DNA of 64,000 nt from a virus. The notes beneath the pieces were generated by a model. It did not search any database and was not told the DNA's origin. It worked only from the letters and a program-made list of their open reading frames with translations. The stretch is taken from positions 108,111 through 172,110 of the IMG/VR virus record IMGVR_UViG_3300035070_002905. One strand, written 5' to 3'. Both the position numbers and the translations under genes were made by a program. Below, one piece after another: positions 1-10,298 of the stretch; position 1 is the first letter of the stretch, and each line of letters starts with the position of its first letter.

Positions 1-915
1 AAGACTGCTCCTGCAGCGATCGGTCCCGCGCTATACCTAGTGGATGGTGATGAGGTTGAGGCTAAGAACCTTGCCCGTCAGAACTTCATCGAGCCTGATA
101 TCGGTCGTAACAAGGCGGTTGTACTAGCTGAGCGCTACGGCCAGGCTATGGACTTCCCTGTACATGCACATCCGCAGTTCGTTACGGACGGCGGTAACAT
201 CGTGGGTGACATTAACCGATCGGCTAGCTCTAACGACTTCCGTCAGCTAGGCCAGATGCGTAAGATCTGGATCCTTGCAGTAGATAGCATCAAGGCTCGT
301 ATGATGGTACTTCAACAGGCCGGTCACAACGATGTAATCATCGATGCCGGTAATGAAGATACATTCGGTCAGGTGAGCATCTACGATAACATCCACCTAG
401 AGTGCCTCCAGGGCGACTCTACGCCGGAGTTAGGTCCCTTCCAAGGGGATTACGCACTGCCGTTCATTCCGTCGCCCCTGACGTCGTACATCGCCGCTGT
501 GATCAATCCTCCGGTTGCTACCGGTTCGTGTGCAGATCTAGATCAGTCTCTAGCGATCAACAATATGATGTCTGCGGGCATCGTTGGTATGCTGCAGAAC
601 CTGATCTACAACAACGAGTTCTATACCTGTACTAACTCGTACGACCTGCACCGCGGTAACCAGTCGACTTCAATGAACCACCTCTGGTTCAACGAGACGA
701 TGGGCCGTCAGCGCTTCGAGAAGCAGGAGTTCGGTCGTCTTGGCGATGATCTACCTAACCGTCTGTACGATCACCTGTCTAGCCACTCTCAGAACTTCCT
801 GATGGCGAAGAACATGGAGACTCGTCGTGGTTCAATGGTACATGAACTGCTTTGCGATATCCGCTCTAAGACTACTGCCGTAGATCCAGCCGTCCTGGCT
901 GCTCTAAAGCTATAA
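1..915 (+). CDS. ThiF/E1-like adenylating enzyme (PRTRC-type ThiF-like), 5'-truncated by window edge
   Basis: Frame is open from base 1 (KTAPAAIGPALYLVDGD...). Motifs DGDxVExKNLxRQNF, GRNKAxVLAERY, AVDS..AR, IIDAGNE..GQV and SC..xQSLxIN are typical of ThiF/MoeB/E1. Confidence 0.85.
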   Translation, partial: KTAPAAIGPALYLVDGDEVEAKNLARQNFIEPDIGRNKAVVLAERYGQAMDFPVHAHPQFVTDGGNIVGDINRSASSNDFRQLGQMRKIWILAVDSIKARMMVLQQAGHNDVIIDAGNEDTFGQVSIYDNIHLECLQGDSTPELGPFQGDYALPFIPSPLTSYIAAVINPPVATGSCADLDQSLAINNMMSAGIVGMLQNLIYNNEFYTCTNSYDLHRGNQSTSMNHLWFNETMGRQRFEKQEFGRLGDDLPNRLYDHLSSHSQNFLMAKNMETRRGSMVHELLCDIRSKTTAVDPAVLAALKL

Positions 916-917
916 CA

Positions 918-948
918 AAAAGGCCAGCTCCGTGAGGGGCTGGCCTTT
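918..948. terminator. Bidirectional intrinsic terminator between convergent genes
   Basis: AAAGGCCAGCTCC-GTGA-GGGGCTGGCCTTT stem-loop flanked by A and T runs. Confidence 0.8.
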
Positions 949-974
949 AGTTCTTCTTATTTTTTCGCTTGTCC

Positions 975-1334
975 CTAGTTCCTAGCCTCCAGACGCGTCA
1001 CCTGCTTTCTTAGTTCCGATAGCTCCCTAGGTACTTCTGATAATGCTTTTAACGTGGCAGATATTTCAGCCATATTAACCTCCGCGGCAGTTGATCGGTT
1101 CTGCGTCTCTCTTAGGCTTATCACTATGCCTTCTATATTTTTAGTATTGGTAGCTGCAATGAACTCCAGCTTATCGATCCTCGATACGCTATCTGCTCGA
1201 TGGTTTATGCTACTCTCTGCTGCATTCAATCTAACTTCAAGCTTCGCAATTGAGTTTTTTACAGTAGTCCATGCACCGAAAAGGGCTGTTATTCCAACGC
1301 CCAGGGGTACTAAATTGGCTATTAACCATTCCAT
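975..1334 (-). CDS. Single-TM coiled-coil membrane protein, possible lysis (holin/antiholin-type) protein
   Basis: N-terminal hydrophobic helix followed by heptad coiled coil; AGGAG RBS; adjacent to a holin-like gene. Confidence 0.5.
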   Translation of the reverse strand: MEWLIANLVPLGVGITALFGAWTTVKNSIAKLEVRLNAAESSINHRADSVSRIDKLEFIAATNTKNIEGIVISLRETQNRSTAAEVNMAEISATLKALSEVPRELSELRKQVTRLEARN

Positions 1335-1343
1335 ATAATTCTC

Positions 1344-1766
1344 CTACTTAAACTTTCCTACCCATTGTTTCACCACTGCTTCTACCAGTGGAATAACGAG
1401 TCGACGATATCCCCATACAGACACTAGCATAAGCCCAAGGGCAATCTGATAGTATTGAGGCATGCTTTCCAGCACTGTGAATCCCGCCTGAATATGTGGT
1501 ACCATCCCAGGAAAGAAAGCAAGAGGCACCGGTAAAAGGAACAGGTAGAAAGAGATATCATCCATCCAACCGGCAGCTGCGCGAGCCCCAGTATCCTGAG
1601 TAATATCTGCAGTCTGTCCTGCTTGTATTGCCTGGATCTTAGACTCCAGGTTGATCTTTTTTAGCTCATCCTTGCGCTCTTTCTGCGCGGCTTTAATCTT
1701 CTGTCCTTCAGTAAAGTAACCTCCGACAGCACTAGCCACCTCACCTACCCATCCGAATCCTAACAT
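1344..1766 (-). CDS. Putative holin (multi-TM membrane protein)
   Basis: AAGGAG RBS before ATG at 1766; amphipathic N-terminus, charged linker, WMDD, then two hydrophobic helices ending WGYRR; lies at end of late block. Confidence 0.55.
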   Translation of the reverse strand: MLGFGWVGEVASAVGGYFTEGQKIKAAQKERKDELKKINLESKIQAIQAGQTADITQDTGARAAAGWMDDISFYLFLLPVPLAFFPGMVPHIQAGFTVLESMPQYYQIALGLMLVSVWGYRRLVIPLVEAVVKQWVGKFK

Positions 1767-1781
1767 AAACACTCCTTAAGA

Positions 1782-1795
1782 GGCCCCGAAGGGCC
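1782..1795 (-). other. UUCG tetraloop hairpin between fibre gene and holin-like gene
   Basis: GGCCC-TTCG-GGGCC on minus strand; lacks a long U-tract. Confidence 0.5.
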
Positions 1796-1800
1796 TATCA

Positions 1801-4800
1801 TTACCAGTACATGCTCACTGACACTGCATCATCCGTTAGAGTACCTGCTGCGTCTTTAACGTCAACGAATACTTCACCTAGAGTGATCGTGTAGTTACAT
1901 GAACGTACTGCACCTGTTGCAGACCTAGCAGTTGCTATAACTGTAGTGGAATCGTCTAGAACCGGTCCAGCAGGAGCTATAGAGTACTGACCTGCCTGAA
2001 CCCGGGTAACAGCGACGGCGTCTGTAAAGTTACCGTGACGACCGTCGATAGCACCTGTATTACTCAGAGTCATGTGCAGTGCATTACCAGTCGAGGTGTT
2101 CTCGTTATGGTTGATGACCGTCTTACCGCCCTCTACGGCCCAGACATTGCCACGAGGTGAGGCAGTCTGCGTGAACGTCATCTCTTTCTGAGGGAATACC
2201 TGCAGAGAAGGCGTACCGCCGAACAGCTGGTTATCACCTACTTCACCCGATACCGTAGCCACTTCAGATGAACCATTCACGATCGTAAACGTATTACCGA
2301 AGTCGTATAGACCTTTAGGTATGCGTACAGTCACCGGAGCGTTAACGTTCGGGATGTTGTAGCGAAGTCCCGTACGGATAGACTGCCTGTCCATCGTCAC
2401 GTCGGTAGATGCCGCAGCAATCGTGTACGTAGTGATAGACTGAATAGACATGTCATTCACGGCGTTACCCGGTGGAGTGTAGAAGAACGTACCGCGGTCA
2501 GTTGTACCACCGCCGGCGTAAGTTACTTCACCTACCTTCACACCATCAACGTGGATGTCACACGTGTCTTCGCCAGGAGAGTTGATCATACTGATCAGAT
2601 ACATTGTATCACGTTCTAGATCGAACGTAGTGTTACCACCAGAGTTGATCATAGTAATCTGTAGCTGACCACTCGATACTGTAACGTTATACTCGAAACG
2701 TCCGTTAGAACCCCAAGAGGTGTTGTTCGGTTCGATATCCACCCAGATCTGACCATCGTGAGCTGCTCCGAACATAGCTCGTAAATCTGTACGGAAGCCG
2801 TTAGCACGACAGGTATCCCAGAATGCCTGAGTATTATTAGGCGCTTGCAGTGTAATTGTACCACCGGTCTGAGTACAGCGGATCACTTCAGGGAATCCTG
2901 CGTGATTCTCTGTATTTACCCAGCGGACGTTGTTACTACCTGTCCAACCCGAGTCGGCTAGGGTATTGCCCTCTGCGAAGAAGAACTGACCTACCGGCTC
3001 ACCTGAAGCGATACGCGTAGTAGTCACGTAAGACCAGTCCGATCCATCGTACCAGATAGGTCGATTATCGGCCAGGCCATTCAACGCCAGAGAACCTGTA
3101 GGATGTCCAGTATTCTGCGGGATGATACGAGGTAGAAGTGTACCACGTAACGGTGAATCCTGCTGTACTACCACATTCTTCTCTAGGTCAGGCTCGTTAA
3201 TGATAACGTGCATGTCGTAGTCGTATAGGTATACTGCTTGGTTAGTACCAGTCGAACGCTTACGTAGTGTAAGAACTGTATCGCCTGCACCGGTAGCGAA
3301 CTCATATTCGAACTCATACGTATCACCTACGTTGTTATTAGCTGCAGGGATCGTTAGCTCAGCTACCTGCGTACCCGTACTATCCACCAGTTCGAAGTCC
3401 TGCGTAGTACCACCTGAAGAAGTACTGATACCGAATCTCAAGTAGATTTTGATACGTTGGAATAGACAGTCGCGGAAAGTGATCTGCGTACCGCCGGAGC
3501 CTGCTGTATTGTATCGAATACCAAAGTGAGTACCGCCACTGACGATAGGCATTAGTTCTCGTACCGAACCACCGGTATCAGCGCCGTTCATAGTGATCGT
3601 CGATGCCGGGTTAAGACTAGTATCGTCGACCTCTGGACGCTTATCTGCTACTAGATCCGTCCAGTAGTTCGTATCGATAGGCCAATCGGTCTTGTTATTA
3701 GCTATCCAAGTACCATATTCACCTGCACTCATACGAGTACCGTGGCTTGCATACTTACCTATGATAACGTCGTCGGCATGGATATCTACCTGTGAATTGG
3801 TAGAGAAGTCGATGTACGCAGTGTTAGGGCCGTGCTCACCGATAGATGAACATGCTATACCTCCAGACGTTCCATCTACTATATCACGATCAGACCACTC
3901 ATCCGTACTAATAGTAGAGACTACTACTTCTGTACCTGTAGGAGTATATAGGGTAGGAGTACCGAATACTACACCTGAGGCGTAAGGCAGTGGAATGATA
4001 CTAGACATCAACCCTTCGTACGTCTTGGATGGGTCTATTCTAATCTGTAATCGTATAGAGTCTACTGTATCGGCAGAATCTCGAATCATTCGGTACTGAG
4101 TACCTCCACCGATATCCCCTGTCTGTACCAGACCTAGGATACGGAAGGTAGTCGTAGACGTTCCATCGGGAACTCCACGTACCATGTTCATGTTAATACG
4201 GTTAGTGATTACTGTATCGCCGCCCGATTGAATGAACAGGATAAAGTCAGCACCTGAAGTGTCTACCGTACCTGCAGTAAGTGCTGGCCAAGTAATCAAG
4301 TCGTACCAACCTATGCCACCTGCACCTAGATCAGTAAACTGTGCATATGCGTGTTGGCTGCCGCCTGCCGGGATGTTCTTAATGAATGACGCGTCTAGAC
4401 GATCATCTGCAGTAAGAGTCTCCAGGGCATCACGTACACCTGCACCGGATGTGTAGATCGTATCGGCTACAAACCCGTATGGATTGTACGTAGTTGTAGG
4501 GTTCAGAGTAACACCTACTGAATCATGGATGATCTCTATATGTGCATCACCGACACCACCTGTATCTAGGAATGTACCAGTTAGATAATCTTCGATGCGC
4601 AGGTAAGATGCTGCGAAGGCACTGTTACCGATTACAATATCACCAGCTACTTGTCCGAAGTTGTAGTGACTACCATTAGATAGTGTTATGTTACCTACCA
4701 GTGCTCCGATGTGCATCTCACAACGTGCAGCTGTGGAGTTACTTACGTTACCTGTAAGTGTAGCGTAAGGCAGTTCGAAGTCTAAGGGCGTAAATGGAGC

Positions 4801-5541
4801 GATGTTCTCTGTAAACGTAGACGCATCTTGACATTTAATAACGCGCTTACTTGTCGTAGGGAACGCAGAAGCTAGAGTAACCGCTTGCGCGATAGTCAGT
4901 ACCGGCTGTTCCGGAGAACGACCATCGGCATTATCATCACCGCTAGCTGATACGTATACCATCTGTGCACTATCGATAAAGTCGATAGCTTCTGCACCTA
5001 GACGATCTGCGTCCGTAAGAGTCTCTAGCTTATCACGGATAGTACTAGCATCATCTTTAACTAGTAGAGAAGAAGGTTCTACCGGTCCGAATACTACCTC
5101 TTCATCTGTCATTGGAGTCCAGACAGTTAAGTTCTCGGGGATGGTAGTTGTATCGCCTGCAGGATTCCTTGCAACTGATAGGTCTACATTCATAGACGAC
5201 AGTGCAGCAGTAGCCTGAACTTGTAGATGTACAGGTGATCGTAGATCATTAGAATCTTCACGTAGAAGACGTACCATATCTACTGCAGGCACATTAGAGT
5301 CTGTTGCGTGCGTTAGGATGCCCCATTTTACAGGTGCGTTACCTAGGTTACCTTGTATTGTGAAATCAAAGTAAGTGAACTCGCCTGCTTTAGACATGTC
5401 CAGCGTTACCCTCTCTGAGAAGCTGCCACTACCGGTGACGGTAGCGATAGTCAGCCAGTCGTTATTCGTTCGGGTCTGTCCTACTAGATTAACGGAGGTG
5501 AACGACTTATCCCCTACTGGGATTATATTTGCTATTGACAT
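1801..5541 (-). CDS. Tail fibre/spike-like receptor-binding protein (1246 aa)
   Basis: Large T/G/S-rich beta protein; YVSASGDDNADGRS.EQP..TI motif typical of beta-helix starts; two IRDxLExLT..RL repeats; located in tail block. Confidence 0.7.
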   Translation of the reverse strand: MSIANIIPVGDKSFTSVNLVGQTRTNNDWLTIATVTGSGSFSERVTLDMSKAGEFTYFDFTIQGNLGNAPVKWGILTHATDSNVPAVDMVRLLREDSNDLRSPVHLQVQATAALSSMNVDLSVARNPAGDTTTIPENLTVWTPMTDEEVVFGPVEPSSLLVKDDASTIRDKLETLTDADRLGAEAIDFIDSAQMVYVSASGDDNADGRSPEQPVLTIAQAVTLASAFPTTSKRVIKCQDASTFTENIAPFTPLDFELPYATLTGNVSNSTAARCEMHIGALVGNITLSNGSHYNFGQVAGDIVIGNSAFAASYLRIEDYLTGTFLDTGGVGDAHIEIIHDSVGVTLNPTTTYNPYGFVADTIYTSGAGVRDALETLTADDRLDASFIKNIPAGGSQHAYAQFTDLGAGGIGWYDLITWPALTAGTVDTSGADFILFIQSGGDTVITNRINMNMVRGVPDGTSTTTFRILGLVQTGDIGGGTQYRMIRDSADTVDSIRLQIRIDPSKTYEGLMSSIIPLPYASGVVFGTPTLYTPTGTEVVVSTISTDEWSDRDIVDGTSGGIACSSIGEHGPNTAYIDFSTNSQVDIHADDVIIGKYASHGTRMSAGEYGTWIANNKTDWPIDTNYWTDLVADKRPEVDDTSLNPASTITMNGADTGGSVRELMPIVSGGTHFGIRYNTAGSGGTQITFRDCLFQRIKIYLRFGISTSSGGTTQDFELVDSTGTQVAELTIPAANNNVGDTYEFEYEFATGAGDTVLTLRKRSTGTNQAVYLYDYDMHVIINEPDLEKNVVVQQDSPLRGTLLPRIIPQNTGHPTGSLALNGLADNRPIWYDGSDWSYVTTTRIASGEPVGQFFFAEGNTLADSGWTGSNNVRWVNTENHAGFPEVIRCTQTGGTITLQAPNNTQAFWDTCRANGFRTDLRAMFGAAHDGQIWVDIEPNNTSWGSNGRFEYNVTVSSGQLQITMINSGGNTTFDLERDTMYLISMINSPGEDTCDIHVDGVKVGEVTYAGGGTTDRGTFFYTPPGNAVNDMSIQSITTYTIAAASTDVTMDRQSIRTGLRYNIPNVNAPVTVRIPKGLYDFGNTFTIVNGSSEVATVSGEVGDNQLFGGTPSLQVFPQKEMTFTQTASPRGNVWAVEGGKTVINHNENTSTGNALHMTLSNTGAIDGRHGNFTDAVAVTRVQAGQYSIAPAGPVLDDSTTVIATARSATGAVRSCNYTITLGEVFVDVKDAAGTLTDDAVSVSMYW

Positions 5542-5579
5542 TTTGTCTCCTAAATAGGGGCCGGAGCCCCCTTTATTTA

Positions 5580-8500
5580 CTAGATAAGATACGGTTGGCC
5601 TATGCCGATAAGAATCGTATCATCATCGATTACCTGGAATACCTCTTGGATCAAACCTGATACAGGCTGAGCCGAAGTAAATGTCCCTGCACTGTTTAGC
5701 CAGTAGTACTGTCCGGTAGTATAGCCGTGTCCGGTAATCGTACAGATTCCGCTAGACTGTACTCGATAGGTACCGATGTCCACTACCTCACATACAAAGC
5801 CGGTAGCCGGAGCCATAGACGATGCATCTGCCGGAGCCCAGTTAGCACCTGCACCTCTAGCTAGCAACTGCTGCTGAGTAAACGGATGGTTAGGGTGGAC
5901 TACTGTAATGATATCAGTTGAAGCACCTTCGATAGCGCTAACGTTTAGACGCTCAGTACCAGTTAATGCCTCTAGCTTATCGCGAATCTGGATTCCAGTA
6001 TCGCTGCCTACCGGCACGTCTGCATGAAACTTAATGTTAGTTACTGCAACTCGAGCGAATACGATGTGTAGATCGTTTGTTACCAGTCCACCAGCTCCTG
6101 GAGTAGTCGAAACAGTCCAGTAAGTGGTGTCCGTATTAGTATGAGCTTCTGTACCAACTACTGGATCTATTTTAGTAGCACCACCACCCACAGGGTTGCC
6201 TTCGTACACGCGGATATCACGATCAGTACCCGATGAGGTCACTTGACCGTATCGAATCTCTAGGACCATGTTATGTGTAAGGGCACCTGCCGGGACTACC
6301 AGCTCACATACATCCGCGGAGGCAGAAGTCTCATCGGCGAATACGTTAGTGAAAAAACCTGCACCGCTACCGAAACCAAGAGGGAAGCTACGTCCTGCAT
6401 CTCTACGGAATGATGCACTTACACCAAGGCCTTCGACCATGTCATCTGCTAGAGTGTTCAGTGGAATGCCGTTAGTAACTCCGAAATCCTCGAAGATCTT
6501 AAGGGCCGCACTACCGAATCCACTACCGCGGATATCAGATGCCATAAACGGAGCGTTAGATACTACCTGTAGATCGTAAACGCCTTGACGCTGTACTACT
6601 ACGTGGTAATCATCGGTTGCAACCAGCGCACTATCTAGGTTCCAAACTACAGTCTGTAGAGCACCGTATACGTTAGACTCTTGACCGTATACCGGATCAA
6701 CTACTACACCGCCTGATGTAGGATCACCTCGGTATACCCTGAAGTGCCTATCACCGGTAGCAGATCCACGTGCGAATCGCGCCTGTAAGACCTTGCCTCG
6801 AGCTTCCTGTGCTGGAATTATGAATTCCGCTACTGCACCGTCTCCCGTTTCATCTACCGAGCTGTTAAGCCAGAACCACCACGAGCCTGCCGTTAATGAG
6901 GCAAACGGCATGATACGAGAGTTAGTATCTCTCCATGCAGTCCCTGGGACTAGAGTACGTTCAAGTAGCTCATCGCCCTGTGCCTTAGTAAGCGTAGTAC
7001 CGGTAGGAATAGCATCACGTACCGCAATCTCACGAAATACGTTCTGGAACGTACCTGTACCATCTATATTCAAGTTCTGAATAGCAGATGAATCCAGGCG
7101 ATCTGTACCTGTTAATGCCTCTAGTTCATCCCGAATCTGTGTACCAGTAGACTGGCCAAGAGATGTATGGAACTCTACGTCAAGTAGAATCTGACGTCCT
7201 AGGTATACGTAGATGTCAGCTGAGTTAGCTGGGACCTGGTAAGTTACCGCATGAGCAGTAGCACCGCTGTTCGTACCGACTACCGGTAGAATCTCTGTAC
7301 CTGAAGCTGTAGCATCACCGTTGAATACACGTAGTTCACGAGTCAGACCTGACACGATATCACTTATGAAGAACGTGATGTATGAACCGCCAGTTAGATC
7401 TTTACCAGTGAAGATTACCTCGCTGTACGCGTGACCTGCATCTGTAGGATCTTGTCCACCCGATGGTGCATATACACCCCACGAGTCAGCATCGTCGTAG
7501 TATGCTAGTGCAGTACGAGCTGTAGTAACACCTACACCAAATGTGCGTAGGATCTCTGTAGACTGTGCTACCGATAGAGCCTCATCATCTGCAATAGAGT
7601 CACGGTCTGCGATCGTCTTAGCATGCTTAGCGTACTTACTGAATACATTCTGTACCGCCCAAGATTCTAGGCGATTAGCCTCTGCCACCGATTCGATATC
7701 ATCGATAAGCTCTAGTGGAGTAAACCCTAGACGATTGTTGATCGCCTGAAGAGATAGCTCTTCCCAGTCTGCCGCGTTGAATGCACCTGCAGTAACCGTA
7801 GCGATAGCCACGTAGTCACGTCCAAGGTGAGATACATAGGCGCCGATCGCATAGTTGTTCGCGATGTTAAACACGTTGTAAGCTGCCGCACCACGTAGGG
7901 ATACGATGTCACCTTCAACTGCTTCGATTCGGTTTTCGTTAGTGATTGCACTGACGATCTGCCACTCCGCAACATCCCATGCACCTGCTGCCACGCCTGT
8001 ACGTGCTTTGTACAATCTGCTTAGGTAGATTACGTAGGTACCTGCAGTATACGTTGCAGTAGAATCAAAGTCTGCCGGACGAGCTGCCCCGCGTAACGCC
8101 TCGATGTCTACTTCAGCTGTATCGATACGACCTTCGTTATCTACAATCGAGATGACCTGCCATTCCGATGCGTCGAAGTTACCTGGAAGTACTGCTGCAA
8201 TAGCATGGTATAGACGGTTGCCGAATACACAGCTATCGTCGATTGCGTAAGTAGCCGTAGAGTCAAAGTCTGCCGCTACTGCCTGGCCGCGTAGCTGTTC
8301 GTGCGCATCGCTGATACCTACTGAAGTCTCTAGGACTAGCGCTGCGTTACTTAGAGTAGACGCTTCGTACCAGTTAGCTGCATCCCACGGTCCTGCCGTA
8401 AGATCTTCACGAGCGATGAACGTACGGTTATCTGCTGTACGATATACCGAGTCACCTGCAGAGTATGCCTGAGTAGCGCTGAATTCTGTCGGGCGGGCTC

Positions 8501-10247
8501 CGCCACGTAGTTCCAGACGTTCCGGCGCACCGGTATCGCTAGATAGCGGTAGGTTAGTGTGCACTGCGATGTTGTTAACTGTTACTCGAGAGAAAACGAT
8601 ATGCAAATCAGTAGTTACTGCGCCATCATTCTCTGGAGTAGTCGAAACATTCCAGTAGGTCGTAGCCGCACCTGTATGCGCTTCAGTACCCTCTATAGGT
8701 GTCAACTTGGTTACGCCAGTCGTAGGATCTCCTGGGTATACACGAACATCACGTTCTGTACCGCCAGTAGTAACTTGACCATAGGTAACTTCTAAGACTT
8801 GGTTATGTGAAAGTCGGCTCGCAGGAATCACTAGTTCACATACGTCTGCCGTAGCTGCAGTCTCATCGCCGAACGAAGCCGAGAATAGACCGGCACCATT
8901 GCCGAACATCCTAGGGTATTGACGTCCTGCGGTAGTACGGAATTCCGCACCGATACCCATACCTTGAACTATATCGTTAGCGTGAGTACCTAGTAGCTCT
9001 CCGTTGACTAGACCTGTTTGTTGGTTAACTAGCGCAGCAGCTTCTGAAAAGGATGCACCCTTAAGAGCGGCCATGTGATATGCTGAGTTATCCACTAGTT
9101 GTAGATCGAAGATACCTTGACGCTGTACGATGATATGGATATCGCCAGCAACGCCGTCCGGGCGCTCTAGATCCCATACTGTAGTAGCCTGGCTACCGCG
9201 AAGAACGAACTCGTTACCTAGAATAGGGTCGATTTCCACACCTAGGTTAACCGGGTTGCCGTCGTATACGCGGAACATTCGAGTTCCAATAGTTGACGAA
9301 CGAGTGAACCTAGCAGTTAACGCCTTGCCACGTACTGATTCTGCAGGAAGTACTAATTCTATACACGCTCCGGCACCAGTCTCATCTATCTCACTGTTTC
9401 TCCACAGCATGAAGCTGTTATTAGACTGAGATACGATCGGCATGATACGTGAGTTATCAGTAGCCCAGAACGCATCGATACCTAGAGTACGTCGAACAAT
9501 CTCATCGGCTTGTGCTTTAGTTAACGTAGCACCTGAGGTAAGACCATCACGTACGAAGATCTCTTCTACTACCGGCTGGAATGCAGCATCGCCGTCGAGA
9601 TTAAGATTCTGGATAGCTGATGCATCTAAGCGAGCAGTACCAGTAAGTTCTTCCAGACGATCACGGATTGTAGTACCGCGTGCGTTGTTACGTACAGACA
9701 GTTCCTGCCATCGTGCCGTATTGAAGGCTTCCGGCGTAGTTACTGGATCGATACACAGGTATTCACGGGCAGACGTAGTCTCCCATACCGTAGCACCGAG
9801 TACGTACGTAGATGAAGCACTGTAGTCTGCCGAACGAGCTGCGCCGCGTAGCGCTACGATCTCTTCCGGTAGAACGCTAAGTGCTTCTACTCGAGTGTTA
9901 ATAGACTCTAGCGATAGATCCTGCCATTTAGCCGAGTCGAATGCTTCTGCCACGGTAACCGCAGTAGTACAGACATAGTGTACTGAGTTAAAGGTTACTA
10001 GATCATCTAGTGCGTATGTTGCGGTGGCATCATACAGTGAAGCAGAGTTGCTCCCGATGACGCTGTGTACGGTTGATTGTAGGAATCGTCCGTTAGAGAG
10101 AGTGATCTCGCCACCCGTACCATTACATAGGTACGATAGACCGGTCTCAGTGATAAACGTGAATTCGCCTAGCCTAATCGGTAGGGCAATCGCTGCCGCT
10201 ACAGTATCTGCCTGTAGACGTCTCACTTGTTGTTGGTTATAGCTCAC
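5580..10247 (-). CDS. Tail fibre/appendage protein with CBM5/12-like repeats and internal duplication (1555 aa)
   Basis: GTG start with AGGAG RBS; six (Y/F)xxxxxYxxG/DxxV..W repeats; one ~380-aa module present twice. Confidence 0.75.
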   Translation of the reverse strand: MSYNQQQVRRLQADTVAAAIALPIRLGEFTFITETGLSYLCNGTGGEITLSNGRFLQSTVHSVIGSNSASLYDATATYALDDLVTFNSVHYVCTTAVTVAEAFDSAKWQDLSLESINTRVEALSVLPEEIVALRGAARSADYSASSTYVLGATVWETTSAREYLCIDPVTTPEAFNTARWQELSVRNNARGTTIRDRLEELTGTARLDASAIQNLNLDGDAAFQPVVEEIFVRDGLTSGATLTKAQADEIVRRTLGIDAFWATDNSRIMPIVSQSNNSFMLWRNSEIDETGAGACIELVLPAESVRGKALTARFTRSSTIGTRMFRVYDGNPVNLGVEIDPILGNEFVLRGSQATTVWDLERPDGVAGDIHIIVQRQGIFDLQLVDNSAYHMAALKGASFSEAAALVNQQTGLVNGELLGTHANDIVQGMGIGAEFRTTAGRQYPRMFGNGAGLFSASFGDETAATADVCELVIPASRLSHNQVLEVTYGQVTTGGTERDVRVYPGDPTTGVTKLTPIEGTEAHTGAATTYWNVSTTPENDGAVTTDLHIVFSRVTVNNIAVHTNLPLSSDTGAPERLELRGGARPTEFSATQAYSAGDSVYRTADNRTFIAREDLTAGPWDAANWYEASTLSNAALVLETSVGISDAHEQLRGQAVAADFDSTATYAIDDSCVFGNRLYHAIAAVLPGNFDASEWQVISIVDNEGRIDTAEVDIEALRGAARPADFDSTATYTAGTYVIYLSRLYKARTGVAAGAWDVAEWQIVSAITNENRIEAVEGDIVSLRGAAAYNVFNIANNYAIGAYVSHLGRDYVAIATVTAGAFNAADWEELSLQAINNRLGFTPLELIDDIESVAEANRLESWAVQNVFSKYAKHAKTIADRDSIADDEALSVAQSTEILRTFGVGVTTARTALAYYDDADSWGVYAPSGGQDPTDAGHAYSEVIFTGKDLTGGSYITFFISDIVSGLTRELRVFNGDATASGTEILPVVGTNSGATAHAVTYQVPANSADIYVYLGRQILLDVEFHTSLGQSTGTQIRDELEALTGTDRLDSSAIQNLNIDGTGTFQNVFREIAVRDAIPTGTTLTKAQGDELLERTLVPGTAWRDTNSRIMPFASLTAGSWWFWLNSSVDETGDGAVAEFIIPAQEARGKVLQARFARGSATGDRHFRVYRGDPTSGGVVVDPVYGQESNVYGALQTVVWNLDSALVATDDYHVVVQRQGVYDLQVVSNAPFMASDIRGSGFGSAALKIFEDFGVTNGIPLNTLADDMVEGLGVSASFRRDAGRSFPLGFGSGAGFFTNVFADETSASADVCELVVPAGALTHNMVLEIRYGQVTSSGTDRDIRVYEGNPVGGGATKIDPVVGTEAHTNTDTTYWTVSTTPGAGGLVTNDLHIVFARVAVTNIKFHADVPVGSDTGIQIRDKLEALTGTERLNVSAIEGASTDIITVVHPNHPFTQQQLLARGAGANWAPADASSMAPATGFVCEVVDIGTYRVQSSGICTITGHGYTTGQYYWLNSAGTFTSAQPVSGLIQEVFQVIDDDTILIGIGQPYLI

Positions 10248-10298
10248 AGTAATCTCCTATCTATGGTACGCATGCGCGCTAATTAATGTGCTTACGTA

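Noticed and set aside
5995-9668. Diversity-generating retroelement TR/VR pair in fibre genes
   Set aside because: The duplicates are long, in-frame and diverged at all base types rather than only at adenines; no reverse transcriptase in the window.
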